A stretch of 63,785 nucleotides of DNA, filler included, from Ministeria vibrans ATCC 50519 (GCA_943704425.1; 4 parts of 4 records of this genome joined end to end with filler, not necessarily neighbours in it); one strand, 5' to 3'. Shown: positions 12,122 to 24,351, counted from the first letter of the whole stretch. The notes: generated from the letters alone by a model not told the origin. Program-made: numbers and translations.

Positions 12122-13947
12122 TCACTCCGTGAGCTCATCGTCGTCAAACAATCTGAATCGCGGCACCAACTGCTCACCGATGAGAGTGACGCACTTTTCG
12201 AGGGAAATGGATGGATCGGAGACCTTGGGCACAAAATCCGGCATGTTGAAGGCGATGGAGAAGACTTCGTTGAAAACCGGTGAAGTGTCACTGATGGACA
12301 TGAAGATACGGGCGAGATGGCAGCAGCGAATCAGGCGCGTGCGTTGCGACGAGAGTGCAAGCAATGTGGGTTCAGCGGGTGGTACGGTGAGGAGAAAGCG
12401 CTCCCTGTCTGCTAGTTCACGAGCAAGACGCTCGACAGAGAACTTAGAGAGTGGGGAAGGCAAGCGTGAAAGAATGCCGCGGGCGGAGGAGAGAAAAAGC
12501 TGTTGGCGGGGCAACGCCTGACGCAGGTGGGCGGGAAGCTGTGCATCTGTGACACCAGTCAGCCGAGCAAAGCGAACGTTGGGTGGCGCCTGGAACTGCG
12601 CGACTGCTTGAAGACGCTGCCGAAAGACAGGGTCGGCGGAGCTAACTGAACTGTTGATCGTCACCATGTCGCCCTTGGCTTGGCACACGTGAGTGCGACT
12701 CCTGAGGTCATGCAAGCAGGCATAGCAGAAAAGATGGCCGCAGAAGCAGTGCATATTTTTGCACCCTTGATAGCGCTGTACGTCACGGTGGCACTTAGGG
12801 CACGGTTTTGACAGTGTGTAGATGAGTTGAAGCGAACGCTCGTTGGCCTCCTGGGCCGAAGGTGTGTCTTGAATATGCGTAGAAGGCACTTCATCTTGAG
12901 TGGTTGTTGTTGTTGAGTGTGAGATGGAGTCCTCTGTCGCACGTGGTGCCTCATTGGTGGAGCTGGCTATGTCAACTTCCGTCACGGCAGGTGCCTCATT
13001 GGAGGGGATGGCAACTCGGGAGGTTGCCACTGAGACTGCGGAAAGGGACGTTGTTGCAGATGGGGGAGCGGTCGTGGGCATGGCTGGCGCGGGGGCTGCG
13101 GGGGGCGCCACCCGACGAAGGTCTTCCAAGATGTTTTGGAAGAGAGGGTCGGTCCTGTATTTCCGTTCCCGTCTGTCAGCATAGCGNNNNNNNNNNNNNN
13201 NNTTTGTTGGCTGATGACCACGGGTGCGGCGTCGAGGACGGGAAGCGCAGCCTGGGCGATGTTGCAGGGTAAAGGCAGGTGAACTTGAGAGCGACAGTCG
13301 CTGCACATCAGCGCCCCACAGGGACACTGGAGGGACACTGAGTGTCGACGATCGCCTGCATAGTAGAGTCGACGGTTGCATGCGTGACAGTCCAGGCCAA
13401 ATTGCTCGAGCAGCGCCGACTGCAGAGTGACTGTGTATTTGTGTTGAGGCAGAAATCGCGCAACGGAAAGAAATTCGCCGCACGCCCCGTCGCCAGCAAG
13501 GCAGCGTGTCTCACGGGGGGCAGTGTGCGTAGTGTCTGCTTCAAGGAGGAGCACGTCGACCCACTGGACGTAGCACTCGTAGTGGTACGCATGGCCACAA
13601 TCTCCCTCGACCCTTCGACCAAAGTCTTGTTCCGTAAACCCGCACGTACACGCCGGACATGTCTCGCCGATGGTCGGCGAGGCGCCATCAATAGAACAAA
13701 GAGGACCTCGTTGCACTGCGCGCGGTCGCGGCTCTTTCAAAAGCGACTCAAAGGCAAAATTGGTAGCAACGAGTTTTTCGTGAGCGACAATGCGGAAAAG
13801 TAAATCTTTTGGCCCCTGAACCACATTCTCCAGTTGGGCGTATGTCTTATTGAAGCGCTCCGTGAAGGAATCGTGCAGTTCTGTACGCACAATCGCTGCC
13901 GCTGCGGCAGAGAAGTCGTCATCCATTCGGTACACGACGCTATCCAT
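12122..13947 (-). CDS. RING-between-RING (RBR) E3 ubiquitin ligase; apparently intronless, frame broken by N gap 13187-13202
   Basis: RING1: CPAC...CGHAYHYECYVQW...RCLAGDGAC. IBR: CHAC...CPCGALMCSDCRSQVHLPLPC. RING2: KPCPKCHRDVQRYQGCKNMHCFCGHLFCYAC. Confidence 0.85.
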
Positions 13948-14271
13948 TTCTGAGGGTTTTGACTTTCGTGTGTGTTTGTGCGGCAAAAAAAAACTGTTGA
14001 AGTGATCAAGCCGATAGGGAAGCCCAACAGACGACTCAGACGACTCAGACGAGTGAGTCAGTCGAAAATTGTATGCAAAAAAAATGTAAAGAAGAAGAAT
14101 TTCCAATATTAATTATTTATTTATTATCAAAAAGTGACTTATAGTAGTAGTAGTAGTTAGTGCGTTAAACTGATATTGAGTCAACTGTGAGGTGTGATTC
14201 TGTGTGAATCAAGGTTGCACAAATTGCAAAGCAACATTAATTGCCACTCTTCAACTTGGGAAAGTCCAAGC

Positions 14272-15382
14272 TCAACACATAGTCAATTGAAACGCGCCCG
14301 TCTGACCTAGGAAACGAAAGAAAGACATCATGCAACAAACCAAACCAAACAGCTTCTTTTTTCTTTCTAACGCATTGCTGTTGACTGCATCCTCCACAGT
14401 GGCAGTCTTATCGTGACTCACTGCGCCATCCAGCGACACCAGATACTTAATCACCGCCACCAGTTCCTCCGCAAGCACAAACCCTTCTCCATCATTTCCC
14501 AGTTCCGCCGCTGTTTCCACTGCCTTATCAATGTCCTGCGGAGCAAAAACACATTGAATAAAATTACACACACGTCGTGTGTTTTCTATGGTCCTTCCTA
14601 CCTGACACATGTCGGTGATGCACAAGGAATAGAAATGGTGCCAATGTACATCATCGCCAAAGTTGCCCAATCTACAAACAAATGTTATTATCCAGCGACA
14701 AACGACTCATCCGCGCCAATCGATCCTTACTGGAGACAATCATTGAGTGTTTGTGCGGGCAATGCGACTTCTTTGCTGGCGTTTATCATATCCGTCTTTT
14801 TTACCAGACCTGACTCGTCACTCAGCACAATCAACTGGACATGTCACAACATTAAAAATGTACACCTCCTTTAGTGCACACCCAAACTACAGCACATGCA
14901 TGCATATACCTGTGCTCGAAGTCCCTGTAGTTGTTCGCGAGTGACCGCCGCTGATCATGAAGATCAATCATGAGCGAGAGACAGAAAGAAAGAGAGAGCA
15001 ATAAGATAATTATTTTTGTCTGCGCCAATCAGCGTACCTGTCATGCGAGCAATCGCCGCTTCTTGCTCCTGTCTTACTGCAAGCCGATTGAAGTAGCTGT
15101 GGGAAGGGAGAATGCGGCGTCGAATCAGGTTTGAATGGGTGAGTTCGTCGTTGCCATGGGTTTCCGTTCTGGCGAGACGCCACTCTGGCGCTCCAAAACA
15201 GAGGGTCGGCATCAATTGACACACACACGCAGGCACACACGCACACACCTTGCTGCCCACACGAGGGTGTCCTTAGGCTGCGCTCGAATGGCTGCTTTGG
15301 TGAAATCTTTGAGAATGTTTGGAAGTGCTGCTGGAATGTGAATCTGTTCGGCTGAATAGAGAGGCTCCGTGGACATGTCCAT
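14272..15382 (-). CDS. ROPN1L: Ropporin-1-like / radial spoke protein 11 (RIIa D/D domain); multi-exon
   Basis: Exon 1, not in the ORF track, translates MDMSTEPLYSAEQIHIPAALPNILKDFTKAAIRAQPKDTLVWAA, then (S)YFNRLA. This matches the ROPN1L QIHIPxxLPxILKxFTKAAIRxQPxD motif. C-terminal KYLVSLDGAVS. Confidence 0.85.
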
Positions 15383-15752
15383 GGTGGATGGCTCGACAAT
15401 TAGAAGCAGAAGAGTAAGGAGAAAGTAATAAATTTAAAGGGAAAAAAGACCATAATATTGTATTATTATTATTATTATTATGATTGTCAATAAATCAAAA
15501 TGTGATCAAAATTTTGGTGGCGGCCACTGCGTGCAGTCCTGGATCGCGACGGAGAAGATGAGGAGAACATGCATTGAGGGGGATTTGGCCGTGACAAGGA
15601 CAAACGAGTCCCCAAGAATCCCCATAATTCTCATGGTATATACTTGGGAGGTTGACGCGATTGTTCCGATGGCAAAGCGTGTAAATGTTTCATGTGTGCA
15701 GTGCAATGTTGCGAGAGGTAATTGGTAAAGAGTGCGAGTGCGCTGTCTGTGC

Positions 15753-15831
<79 letters not shown>

Positions 15832-15833
15832 GT

Positions 15834-15933
15834 NNNNNNNNNNNNNNNNNNNNNNNNNNNNNNNNNNNNNNNNNNNNTTAATTAATTAANNNNNNNNNNN
15901 NNNNNNNNNNNNNNNNNNNNNNNNNNNNNNNNN
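15834..15933. other. Artificial contig linker (N44-TTAATTAATTAA-N44)
   Basis: 100 nt with a six-frame-stop core; identical structure occurs three times. Confidence 0.95.
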
Positions 15934-15950
15934 GAGAGAGAGAGAGAGAA

Positions 15951-15987
<37 letters not shown>

Positions 15988-16218
15988 GAAAGAAACAAAG
16001 TGATAGAGAGAGAGAGAGGAGGAACAAAGAAACAATAGAGAGGAAGAACAAAGAAACAAAGCGATAGAGAGAGGAGAGAGAGAGAGAGATAGAGAGAGAC
16101 AAAGTGATAGAGAGAATAACGAGATAGAAAGAAAAAGGAGAAAAAAGCAGATAGAGAGTGTGTGTCAGTGAGTGAGACGGACGAGGTTATACGCAACAGA
16201 ATGCGTGTGTGTGTCTGA

Positions 16219-18056
16219 CCTTGAGACGCACATCGATGACGCGGCCATCGCCCGTGTCAATGCGCTTCTCGCCTGCCAGGACACGCGCCCCCACCGTACC
16301 CGCCACGCAAAACCCTGGCATGACGATCATGTTGCGCTCATCTCCAGCCCACTTGCGGAACACGTCCAGACTCGTCCCTGCGTGCAGCATTCCGGGCGTG
16401 GCGAACAGTACTTGTGGGCCCTACACACAAAGTAAGAGCGGTCATAAAATCGCCATCACAAATATGAGCGTTTTTCTAACTTTGTTGTCTGCAAAGTGTC
16501 TCTCAAACGCCCGAATGTGTTTGAAATCAAACATATTTCGCTTCACAAACGTCTTTTTGATCTTCTCATTGGTCCACGACACAAACAACCGATAATACTC
16601 ATTCGCCCGCTGAGTCAATCCTGCAAAAAATATCCAAAATTTATTGTTCTCATACACAATCCATCAATGGCTTACCCGCACTAAAGTAAACTGGCACTGA
16701 CAGAGACATTCGCTCCCAATACGATTCAATCAGAATGCACAGCTCTTGTGCTCTCCCTAAAAACAAAAGTCAGAATGGGCAAAGGAAAAGCGAGAGAGAG
16801 AGAGAGAAAGGAGAGGGAAAGAAACAAAGTGATAGAGAGAAAGTAGAGAAAAAGAAACAAAGAGAGAAACATAAACGATATAGAGAGAGAAACAAAGGGA
16901 GAGAGAGAGTAAGACACGAAGAGAGAGAGTAAGAAACAAAGAGAGAGAGAGAGTAAGAAACAAAGTAATTAAGAAACAAAGTAATTAAGAAACAAAGTGA
17001 TAGAGAGAGAGAGTAAGAAACAAAGTGATAGAGAGAGAGAGACCGAGAGCGAAAACGGGAATGAGCACTTTGCCGCCCTGGTCAACACAGGCATGGACAC
17101 GCTTGAGGAAGTCACGCTCACGCATGCGACGGGAGTCACGGATGGTCGTGGCATAAGTGCTCTCGGTGATGAGCAGGTCAGGGGAGCAGCGGGGAACCCA
17201 AGCCGAACCAAGGTGCCTGCAAACGGGTTTAGGTTGGGGTGAGTGAGGGTTTGGGCTAGGGTTGCTTTTTGTGTACCGGTCTGGCGTCATGTTGTAGTCG
17301 CCTGTGTAGAGAACACTTTCACCGCTTGAGCGCACTAGAAACATGGTGGCACCGAGCACGTGGCCCGCATAGTATGCCGTGATTTCAAGGTCGTCATCGA
17401 CGCGAATGGTCTCGTGGACACCAATGGTGCGCACTTTGCCAATGCACGCGTCAATGTCGCTCGACGTAAAGAAGTCCTTTTCGCCCTTGTGGTCTACTGT
17501 GATCCGCCGGTAATCTTCCAGGAGAAGAGGACAAATGGCCTATGTGAATGGACAAAAACGAGGGCGGGGGGAACAATTCAATGCCAACTGCTTGATGATC
17601 GGCTGGCGCACCTTGGTTGGCGTTGACATGTACAGCGGCCCATGGTAGCCAACCTTCTCGGTGAACCACGGCAGTGCACCGCAGTGGTCCAGGTGAAAGT
17701 GTGTAATGAGCACGGCGTCCAGGTAGTTGGTTGTGTCGCGCCCATTGGCGATGTACTGAGAGAGAGAGAGAGAGACGGAGAGAGAGCGAGTCAGAGGTGG
17801 GGTTGCAGTGGCGCTCTCAGACGCTGCCCTCTCGTCTTACGTTAAAATCAGGAAACCTCCGCTCGTCGTTGTAGCCCATGTGCATGCCGCAATCAAACAT
17901 GACCTTTTTGGTGCCTTGGGAGTGTCAGCACAGAGAGATGGGAAGCGAAACATCAGAAACGTCACTCTGCACGTTGAGAACATTACCGACTGTCACAAGA
18001 ACACACGATCGTCCAACATCTTGACCGGCTCCCAGCGGAACCACTTTGATCGTCAT
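16219..18056 (-). CDS. INTS11: Integrator complex subunit 11 (CPSF3L, MBL/beta-CASP endonuclease); 3' truncated at contig end
   Basis: [114 protein letters not shown]. Confidence 0.95.
16787..17040. repeat. (GA)n tract with GAAACAAAG(TGATA) units in an INTS11 intron
   Basis: Same unit as at 6475-6760 (reverse complement) and 15993-16110. Confidence 0.85.
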
Positions 18057-18483
18057 GAGAGTCGCAAATGTGAAATTGATTATTGAGAGTTGTAGTCTGT
18101 ATATGAATTATAAAATTGAGAGATCAGAGATTTGATATCGCATTGAATAGGATTGCTTCGGTCGCGATTAAAATTCAAGTCGCAGTGCACGGCCTGCGCC
18201 AGTCTTGAGTGACACAGTCACAAGCTACAACTATTGACAACTTTAAATGGCTTGTGAACTCATAGAGAAACTGAAACTTGTGTTGCACTTGAAGGTAGAA
18301 ACGATTTCGGACGTCAATCGACGATCAAAAATAAAAATTGAAAAGTAATTCAAAAAAATTCGTGAAGCCTCACTACCCCGTGGCCTCCAACCCCCCCTCC
18401 TCCATCCCCCTCCCGTTTTTTTTATCCCGGAAGTAGGGTTCAGGTACGCCATCGAACAACCTTAAAAAAGTTGTACAACTTCG

Positions 18484-18520
<37 letters not shown>

Positions 18521-19359
18521 TGGTTTGAGCGTCTTTTGGTTGTCACGAAAAAAAGGCGTGTGAAAACTCGCGTGGGGTTTGCGCGATCACATCTGGACCA
18601 CGGTGTACACACTCGTGCGCGTGGCACCGTCGCCATTGCTCAATCATTTCGCAACACTCCAAAAACTTTCGCAAATCGACCCGGATGTCTCCGACGCGAA
18701 CTACGCCTCTCTCTTGCTCGCATCAAGTCCGCATACACTCCACAGTGCGACATGCGCAGCGTCGCTGTCTGACGCGCTCATCAACACTCTTCGATTTTTT
18801 TTTCACTGATAAATTCCAAAATCTGTTTTTGACCGTTTCTCGCGTCCTGCACGTCGACTGTCGGCAAGTCCACCGTGGTCTGGTAGTTGCCCCGCAACGA
18901 CCGCTCTTTATCATACGACTCTTTTATTTTCTTTTTATTTTCGCGTTTTTTCTTTCTTTTTTTTTTCTTTTGACGTCTCATTTTGAATCTTGTCGGTTTC
19001 GTTGAAAGCAGTCTTGCAATGGAGTTGAATGTCTATGGAGATGTCGATGGAAGTCGTTTGGCGACAATTAGCCTTCACTTTTTCGCTTTGTCCAAATTTT
19101 TCGCGTGATTTTTTTTTTTTGTACTGTCTCTTTCTTTGAAAAAAAAAACGAACTCGTCCGTCTCTCACACGCCCTCTCTTTCCTTCTGTGCATGCGCCCT
19201 GTGCAGTTAGAGTAGACGTAAGGTCCTCGCTGTTCCATCCCGCGGTCTCCCCACCCTCCCTATCCAACGCCCTTTCATTTCCCAAGCGCCGTTTTTTTCA
19301 GCCTCCATCGCTGTCAAAACTTGAAAAAACAACAAGAAAAAAAAAAGAAAAACAACAAA

Positions 19360-20535
19360 ATGAGTTTTGCCGAACAGGTAGGAAAGACGCCGAGTGACCA
19401 TGGTGATGATGAGATGTACCCCTTGTCTAATACTTTTTTTTTGTTCTTTTTTGTTGTTTGTTCTTCTTCCTTGTTTTCCTCACAGGATTTCCTTCACACT
19501 CTGGTTGAGGAGCTGAGCTCCGCTCCCGCCTCGCCCGTCTACATTGCTGTGCCAGACTTTTTCGAAGACGAGACTGATCCTTCTTGTCTGTCAACTGCCG
19601 CGCCGTCGCCGGCGGCGTACTCGCCGAGCGAGGAGATGCACGAACTCGGCGGGTTCTTTGCCGAGAACGACATTGACTCGGTGCTGCTCTCGGGCGCCGG
19701 TAATGTCTGCTTCAACGAGGACGATCTCACGCCCGAGTCGTCCATCTTTGGCGACGAAGACCTTGACAGTAGCAGCCGCATGACGTCGGTGGAGCCTTTC
19801 TTTGGCACACCTCTGCTCGTGTCGGAGAGCACCGCCACACTGGACCAGCAGCGTCTTCAAATGATCCAGCTCGAAGAGAAGCAGCAGCAACTGATGCGCC
19901 TTCAGCAGCAACAGTACCAGCCACAACAGCAGCGCTTCCACTTCGCAGCACACCAGCACGACGAGGCTCGCGATCACTTTGCCGCCAGCAAACCCCTTGT
20001 GGCGACGCCTGCGTCGCTTTCAAAGCGAGGCCGCAAGCGCAAGGTGTCTGCCATTGTGTTGGAGCAGCAGGAGGCACGCAAGGAGGAAGCGGACGACTAC
20101 GACGTCGATGACGACGACGAGGAGTACAGTGGCAGCAGCGAGTTCGCCGCTGACATGCCCCTGTACGGCTACATCGACGAGGGTCTCATGTCATCGTCGT
20201 CGCCGTCCAAGGTGGGCCGTGGTCGCGCCGGTGCCCGAAAGCGCGTCCGCTCCAACCCCACAGCAGACTCGGAGATGAAGCGCAACATGCACAACGTGCT
20301 GGAGCGTCGTCGACGTGACGAGCTCAAGGACTCGTTCAACGACTTGCGCTACGTCGTGCCCGAGCTGGCCGACAACGAGCGAGCGCCCAAGGTCGTCATC
20401 CTCGAGAAGGCCACCGAGTACATTGGACAGCTCACCGACTCCACCCACCTTATCCGCGCTGAGAAGGACCGCGCTCTCCAGCTCCACCAGCGCCTCCGTG
20501 CCCGCCTCCAGCACTTGGTTCTCACGCGTGCCTGA
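19360..20535 (+). CDS. MYC: Myc-family bHLH-leucine zipper transcription factor; one intron 19378-19485
   Basis: C-terminal [49 protein letters not shown] plus a zipper at the extreme C-terminus closely matches the c-Myc bHLH (HNVLERQRR..LK.SF..LR..IPEL..NEKAPKVVILKKAT.YI). Confidence 0.88.
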   Translation: MSFAEQVGKTPSDHGDDEMYPLSNTFFLFFFVVCSSSLFSSQDFLHTLVEELSSAPASPVYIAVPDFFEDETDPSCLSTAAPSPAAYSPSEEMHELGGFFAENDIDSVLLSGAGNVCFNEDDLTPESSIFGDEDLDSSSRMTSVEPFFGTPLLVSESTATLDQQRLQMIQLEEKQQQLMRLQQQQYQPQQQRFHFAAHQHDEARDHFAASKPLVATPASLSKRGRKRKVSAIVLEQQEARKEEADDYDVDDDDEEYSGSSEFAADMPLYGYIDEGLMSSSSPSKVGRGRAGARKRVRSNPTADSEMKRNMHNVLERRRRDELKDSFNDLRYVVPELADNERAPKVVILEKATEYIGQLTDSTHLIRAEKDRALQLHQRLRARLQHLVLTRA

Positions 20536-20774
20536 CTTTGTTAAGACTTTTTTGTTTTTGAGAAAAAGAAAAAAAGAAAAAAAAAAGAAATACACCGAAA
20601 CACTTTTTTATGGAGGACAATAACAATCAATTTTATACCAACGTCCAACAACAATAATAATAATTTATATTATTATTATTATTATTAAATATCACACTAA
20701 TATTTCTGTAGATTGATTAAAGACAAATTAATATTAATTATTAGTAATCAAATCAATCAATCATTAATATTGTA

Positions 20775-21555
20775 ATGTTCCGTGTCCTCCTCGTTTGCGT
20801 TGCTGTTGCTCTCAGCCTCGCTCATGGTGCTGCCATGCCGCTTTTCTCATGGGACACCTTGCCTGTGTACTACCACTCGTCAAATGGCACTGGTCCGTAC
20901 ACTGATGAAGGTAAACAATACAAAAACAACCGAAGATTAAACTCTGTCGATCACATCAGCGATTGGTGTTATTGCCCGCTACCCCATTGTAACCATCGAG
21001 AAGTTCCAAGGAAAATGCTGGCAGACGCTTGGGACGCCCGCCTGCGAGTAAGGAAGGCGAACGCGTTCTTTTGTTGACCTTCCTTTCATGTCTCTGTCTG
21101 CAGCCAAGAGGAAATCATCCTCACGCAGCTGCGTCGCGTCAAGGCCCGCAACAGCAGCATCCAGGCCATCCTCTACCAGAATTCCATCCTCGATTTCGCC
21201 CAGTACCGCCTGCACGCCGAGATTGAGCTCAACTTCTGTCAGCTGCTCGACGTCCACGGAAACATTGTCAAAATGGGCGGTATGCGAACACGCCGACTCA
21301 CACTATGCCACCTCGTACACTTAGACATAGAATACGCTGTGTTTTAGGCGGCGGCCGCACCTCCGATGTGTACGATTTCACGCGCGACGAGTGCGCTCAG
21401 TTGTACATCGACGACTGTGTCAACGCCACCAAGAATGGCGCCGACGGTTGCTTTGCCGATCGCACCATCCAGAACATGACTGCAGCCCAGTTGGGCGAGA
21501 AGAAATCACAAGCGTGGAATGATGCTCATTGGAAGACTCTGAAGTATTCAATTTT

Positions 21556-21643
<88 letters not shown>

Positions 21644-22550
21644 GAGGAGGAAGAAAGAAACAAAGTGATAGAGAGAGACAGAGAGACAGAGAGACAGAGA
21701 GACAGAGAGACAGAGAGAGAGACAAAGTGGCAAAGACAGAGTGATAAAGAAAAGTGATAAAGAGAGAAGGAGTGTATGTGTGTGTGAGTGAGTGAGAGAA
21801 TCATCACATTGTTGACTTTTCACTCAATTTACACTCCCGTAGACGATTGCAGTCACTCATTGAGCCTGGTATGGTCATTGCCAATCACGGCTACTCATTT
21901 GATGGTAGAGATAAACATACAAAAAAAAAGCAGAGGAACTGATGAATGTCTCAGGCGCAAGTGCAGCCATGGTTGAGGCTTGCGAGAGCAACGCAAACGG
22001 TTTCAGGTATGAAGGCACACCTATGTTATGCATGGCGTCACACCCTTCATCTTTATCTTTCACTTGGTTTGTCTTTTTGTCTTTGCAGTTGGCTACAGGA
22101 GAGCATCAAGAACGGCAAGATTGTCGAGTGCCATTCGCCGCACTGCAACGACGAAAACAGCATGGCCATGTTCCTCATTCTCGTCGGTACATTACAGTGC
22201 TCACTTCTCTCTGCGCACTCTCAACACTTCTTTAGAGAAGTACGCGTACTACGGCTGTGGACCCTGGACATTCACTGACAATACCACTGCAGCCGACTTG
22301 TGGAGCCCCAACTACGACAAACCGTACGCAACTTTATCACTCTCACTCGAATCCTCACCCCCCTGATTTTTTTATACTATATAATTATATTATAATAATA
22401 TATAATATAATTTATATATATTTTAGTCTGGGCGCGCCCATGTCCGCTGCAGTGCTCAAGGGTACCAATTACGAGCGCCACTTTGCGTCGGGCACGTGGG
22501 TCGAGTGGGACCACAAATCATTCAAGGGAACAATACATTGGGCGTCATGA
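20775..22550 (+). CDS. Secreted putative glycoside hydrolase (GHL15-like TIM barrel); multi-exon
   Basis: Signal peptide MFRVLLVCVAVALSLAHGA; FSWDTLPVYYH; VTIEK; ILYQNS; VYDFT..ADGCFADR; C-terminal PNYDKP/LGAP...YERHFASGT...GTIHW. Family recalled from motifs only. Confidence 0.6.
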
Positions 22551-22581
22551 TAAATGCAAAATCTTTAAAATTCAAGTTTCA

Positions 22582-23685
22582 CTACAAATACGAGGTGGAG
22601 GAGCCGACGCCGCCGGAGCCGTAGCGGGGCGCAAACTCACTCTTGAGCTTGAGGTACTCAACCTCGTGCATGTCACTGCGACGATGGCGACGGTAAAGGA
22701 CAACGCCGACGATAATGGCGATCAGGACGAGCAGACCGACGACGCAGCTCACGATGATGATGGTCTCGCGCTGCTTGGATTTGTGCGGCTGCACCGTCAG
22801 AAAGACACCGTCAACCACATATACAATACCGTTGCTCAACGCAATGCTCGGCGCCAGCACGGCTGCATCGTCAAAAGCATCCACGCGCGTCCCATTCATC
22901 GACACAACCACATCGCCGCCCGACAAAGGACGCACCACCATGCCCGAGAAGAGCCCCGCTGGGAACCACGTCCCGCCCGCCAGCACTTGGTTGCGCATGG
23001 TGGGGGTCGCCGAGCCCGGGTTGATCAGCAACGTCGCCAACGTCGCATTGTCAATGCGCTTGAGTGCCGCATTGGTCGACACCAGCACGGTCAGTGACTC
23101 GTTTGTGCGCCCAAATTGCTCCATGAAGCCACCCGTCGTGGCAATAGTCGAAAAGAGCGAGAAGGAAAAGGGCAGTTTCTGCGAGTAGTTGCCAAAGCCA
23201 TTGGTGTGGGGATCGGCAAGGAACTCAGCGATGGTCTGACTCGGTGGAAAGGCCACCGACGACAGCACCTGTACAGCCCCATTGCTCGCGGCCACATCCG
23301 CCTGAGCAATCACCGCTCCATCGTACGTGAGCACACCGGTCGTGTCGCGGTAGTCATTGAGGCGTCCCCGCACCTCGCCGTCCTCCGTGCGCACCACCTC
23401 GTCGTTTACAAGCGTCTCCACCGATATCACCGTTCCATTCAACACGTAGTAGTCAATGAGCTGGCGCAACGACCCCGTGGGATCGTCAAAGAGTGCCTCA
23501 CGCTCAGCCGTGGGAAGCGCCGCCCACGCATCGTTGTTGGGCGCAAACAGCGTGTAGTTACCGTCGTTGTCGAGTGCCGAGTACAGTCCTGGCACCTTGT
23601 TCACCGCCGACCCGGTCGTCGTCAGCACACCGTTCTCTTCGCCCAGCAGAGCTGCAATCGTATTGAGATTTTCTGGCAACAGTAC
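22582..23685 (-). CDS. C-terminal exon of a FAS1 (fasciclin) type-I membrane protein: 2 FAS1 domains, TM helix, cytoplasmic tail
   Basis: YTLFAPNNDAW, ASNGAVQVLSSV, SNGIVYVVDGV. TM: IIIVSCVVGLLVLIAIIVGVVLY followed by RRHRR. Acceptor ttcag at 23686. Probably the continuation of the 28658-31604 gene. Confidence 0.85.
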   Translation of the reverse strand, partial: VLLPENLNTIAALLGEENGVLTTTGSAVNKVPGLYSALDNDGNYTLFAPNNDAWAALPTAEREALFDDPTGSLRQLIDYYVLNGTVISVETLVNDEVVRTEDGEVRGRLNDYRDTTGVLTYDGAVIAQADVAASNGAVQVLSSVAFPPSQTIAEFLADPHTNGFGNYSQKLPFSFSLFSTIATTGGFMEQFGRTNESLTVLVSTNAALKRIDNATLATLLINPGSATPTMRNQVLAGGTWFPAGLFSGMVVRPLSGGDVVVSMNGTRVDAFDDAAVLAPSIALSNGIVYVVDGVFLTVQPHKSKQRETIIIVSCVVGLLVLIAIIVGVVLYRRHRRSDMHEVEYLKLKSEFAPRYGSGGVGSSTSYL

Positions 23686-23765
23686 CTGAAATAAAAGACC
23701 GGGGAGAAAATAATGAAAGTTGCTCTTTTTTTTTTTTTTTTTTTTTTTTTGTGTTTNNNNNNNNN

Positions 23766-23958
23766 ACAAATAACAAAGTGATAGAAACAAAGTGAACAGA
23801 GTGATAGAAACAAAGTGAACAGAGTGATAGAAACAAATAACAAAGTGATAGAAACAAAGTGAACAGAGTGCAAATAACAAAGTGATAGAAACAAAGTGAC
23901 ATGAAAATAATAACAAAGTGATAGAAACAAATAACAAAGTGATAGAGAGAGAGAGAGA
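23766..23958. repeat. Tandem ACAAAGTGATAGAAAC-type minisatellite
   Basis: Roughly ten or more imperfect copies next to an N gap. Confidence 0.9.
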
Positions 23959-24105
23959 GAACCCAACACCAAACAGAATAATGAGTGGATAGCACTGTCG
24001 CCATGCCACACTTGGATGCAAACGCCATTGGACGCTGTGCGCTCAGTCATAAGATCAGATGACATCGAACGGAAGAAGAAAAAAAAATAAGGAAAAGGGA
24101 CAAAC

Positions 24106-24351
24106 CTCGTCATAAATCATCGTCCAGAAGCCGGAAGGGTTGCCGTCAAGAATGGCAACGTCGTCGCGAGCAAGCGTGACGCGGATCTTCTTCACGGCGG
24201 CAAAGGGAGCTGAGCAGTTGACGGACGACGACTGGCCGTCTGCGCCGACCGACAGCTCCCACTCGCCCAGCGTCTGCTCATACAGACAGTGCGTGGGAAT
24301 GTCCGCAACGGCCGCGGTGGCAACGAGAGCGACAAGGAGAGCTCGGATCAT
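24106..24351 (-). CDS. CTSC: Cathepsin C (dipeptidyl peptidase I) first exon only: signal peptide + start of exclusion domain; rest not seen
   Basis: MIRALLVALVATAAVA-DIPTHCLYEQTLGEWEL...VNCS...KKIRVTL...GNPSGFWTMIYDE resembles the cathepsin C exclusion domain (DTPANC..GTW..NCS..GHFTIIYNQ). GT donor at 24105. Confidence 0.75.

Noticed and set aside
14747-14944. SFSAH motif suggesting the missing INTS11 3' exon
   Set aside because: Wrong strand, different contig, and inside the ROPN1L locus.
15834-15933. Palindromic TTAATTAATTAA motif flanked by Ns (three copies)
   Set aside because: Synthetic six-frame-stop spacer, not biological.
23766-23958. Regularly repeated unit as a CRISPR array or telomeric repeat
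   Set aside because: No unique spacers, no cas genes, eukaryotic intronic context and variable unit length; it is a minisatellite.
22582-24351. Cathepsin C exclusion domain fused to FAS1-TM
   Set aside because: The pieces are separated by a minisatellite and an N gap, the exclusion domain is incomplete, and the FAS1 exon fits the upstream FAS1 gene better.
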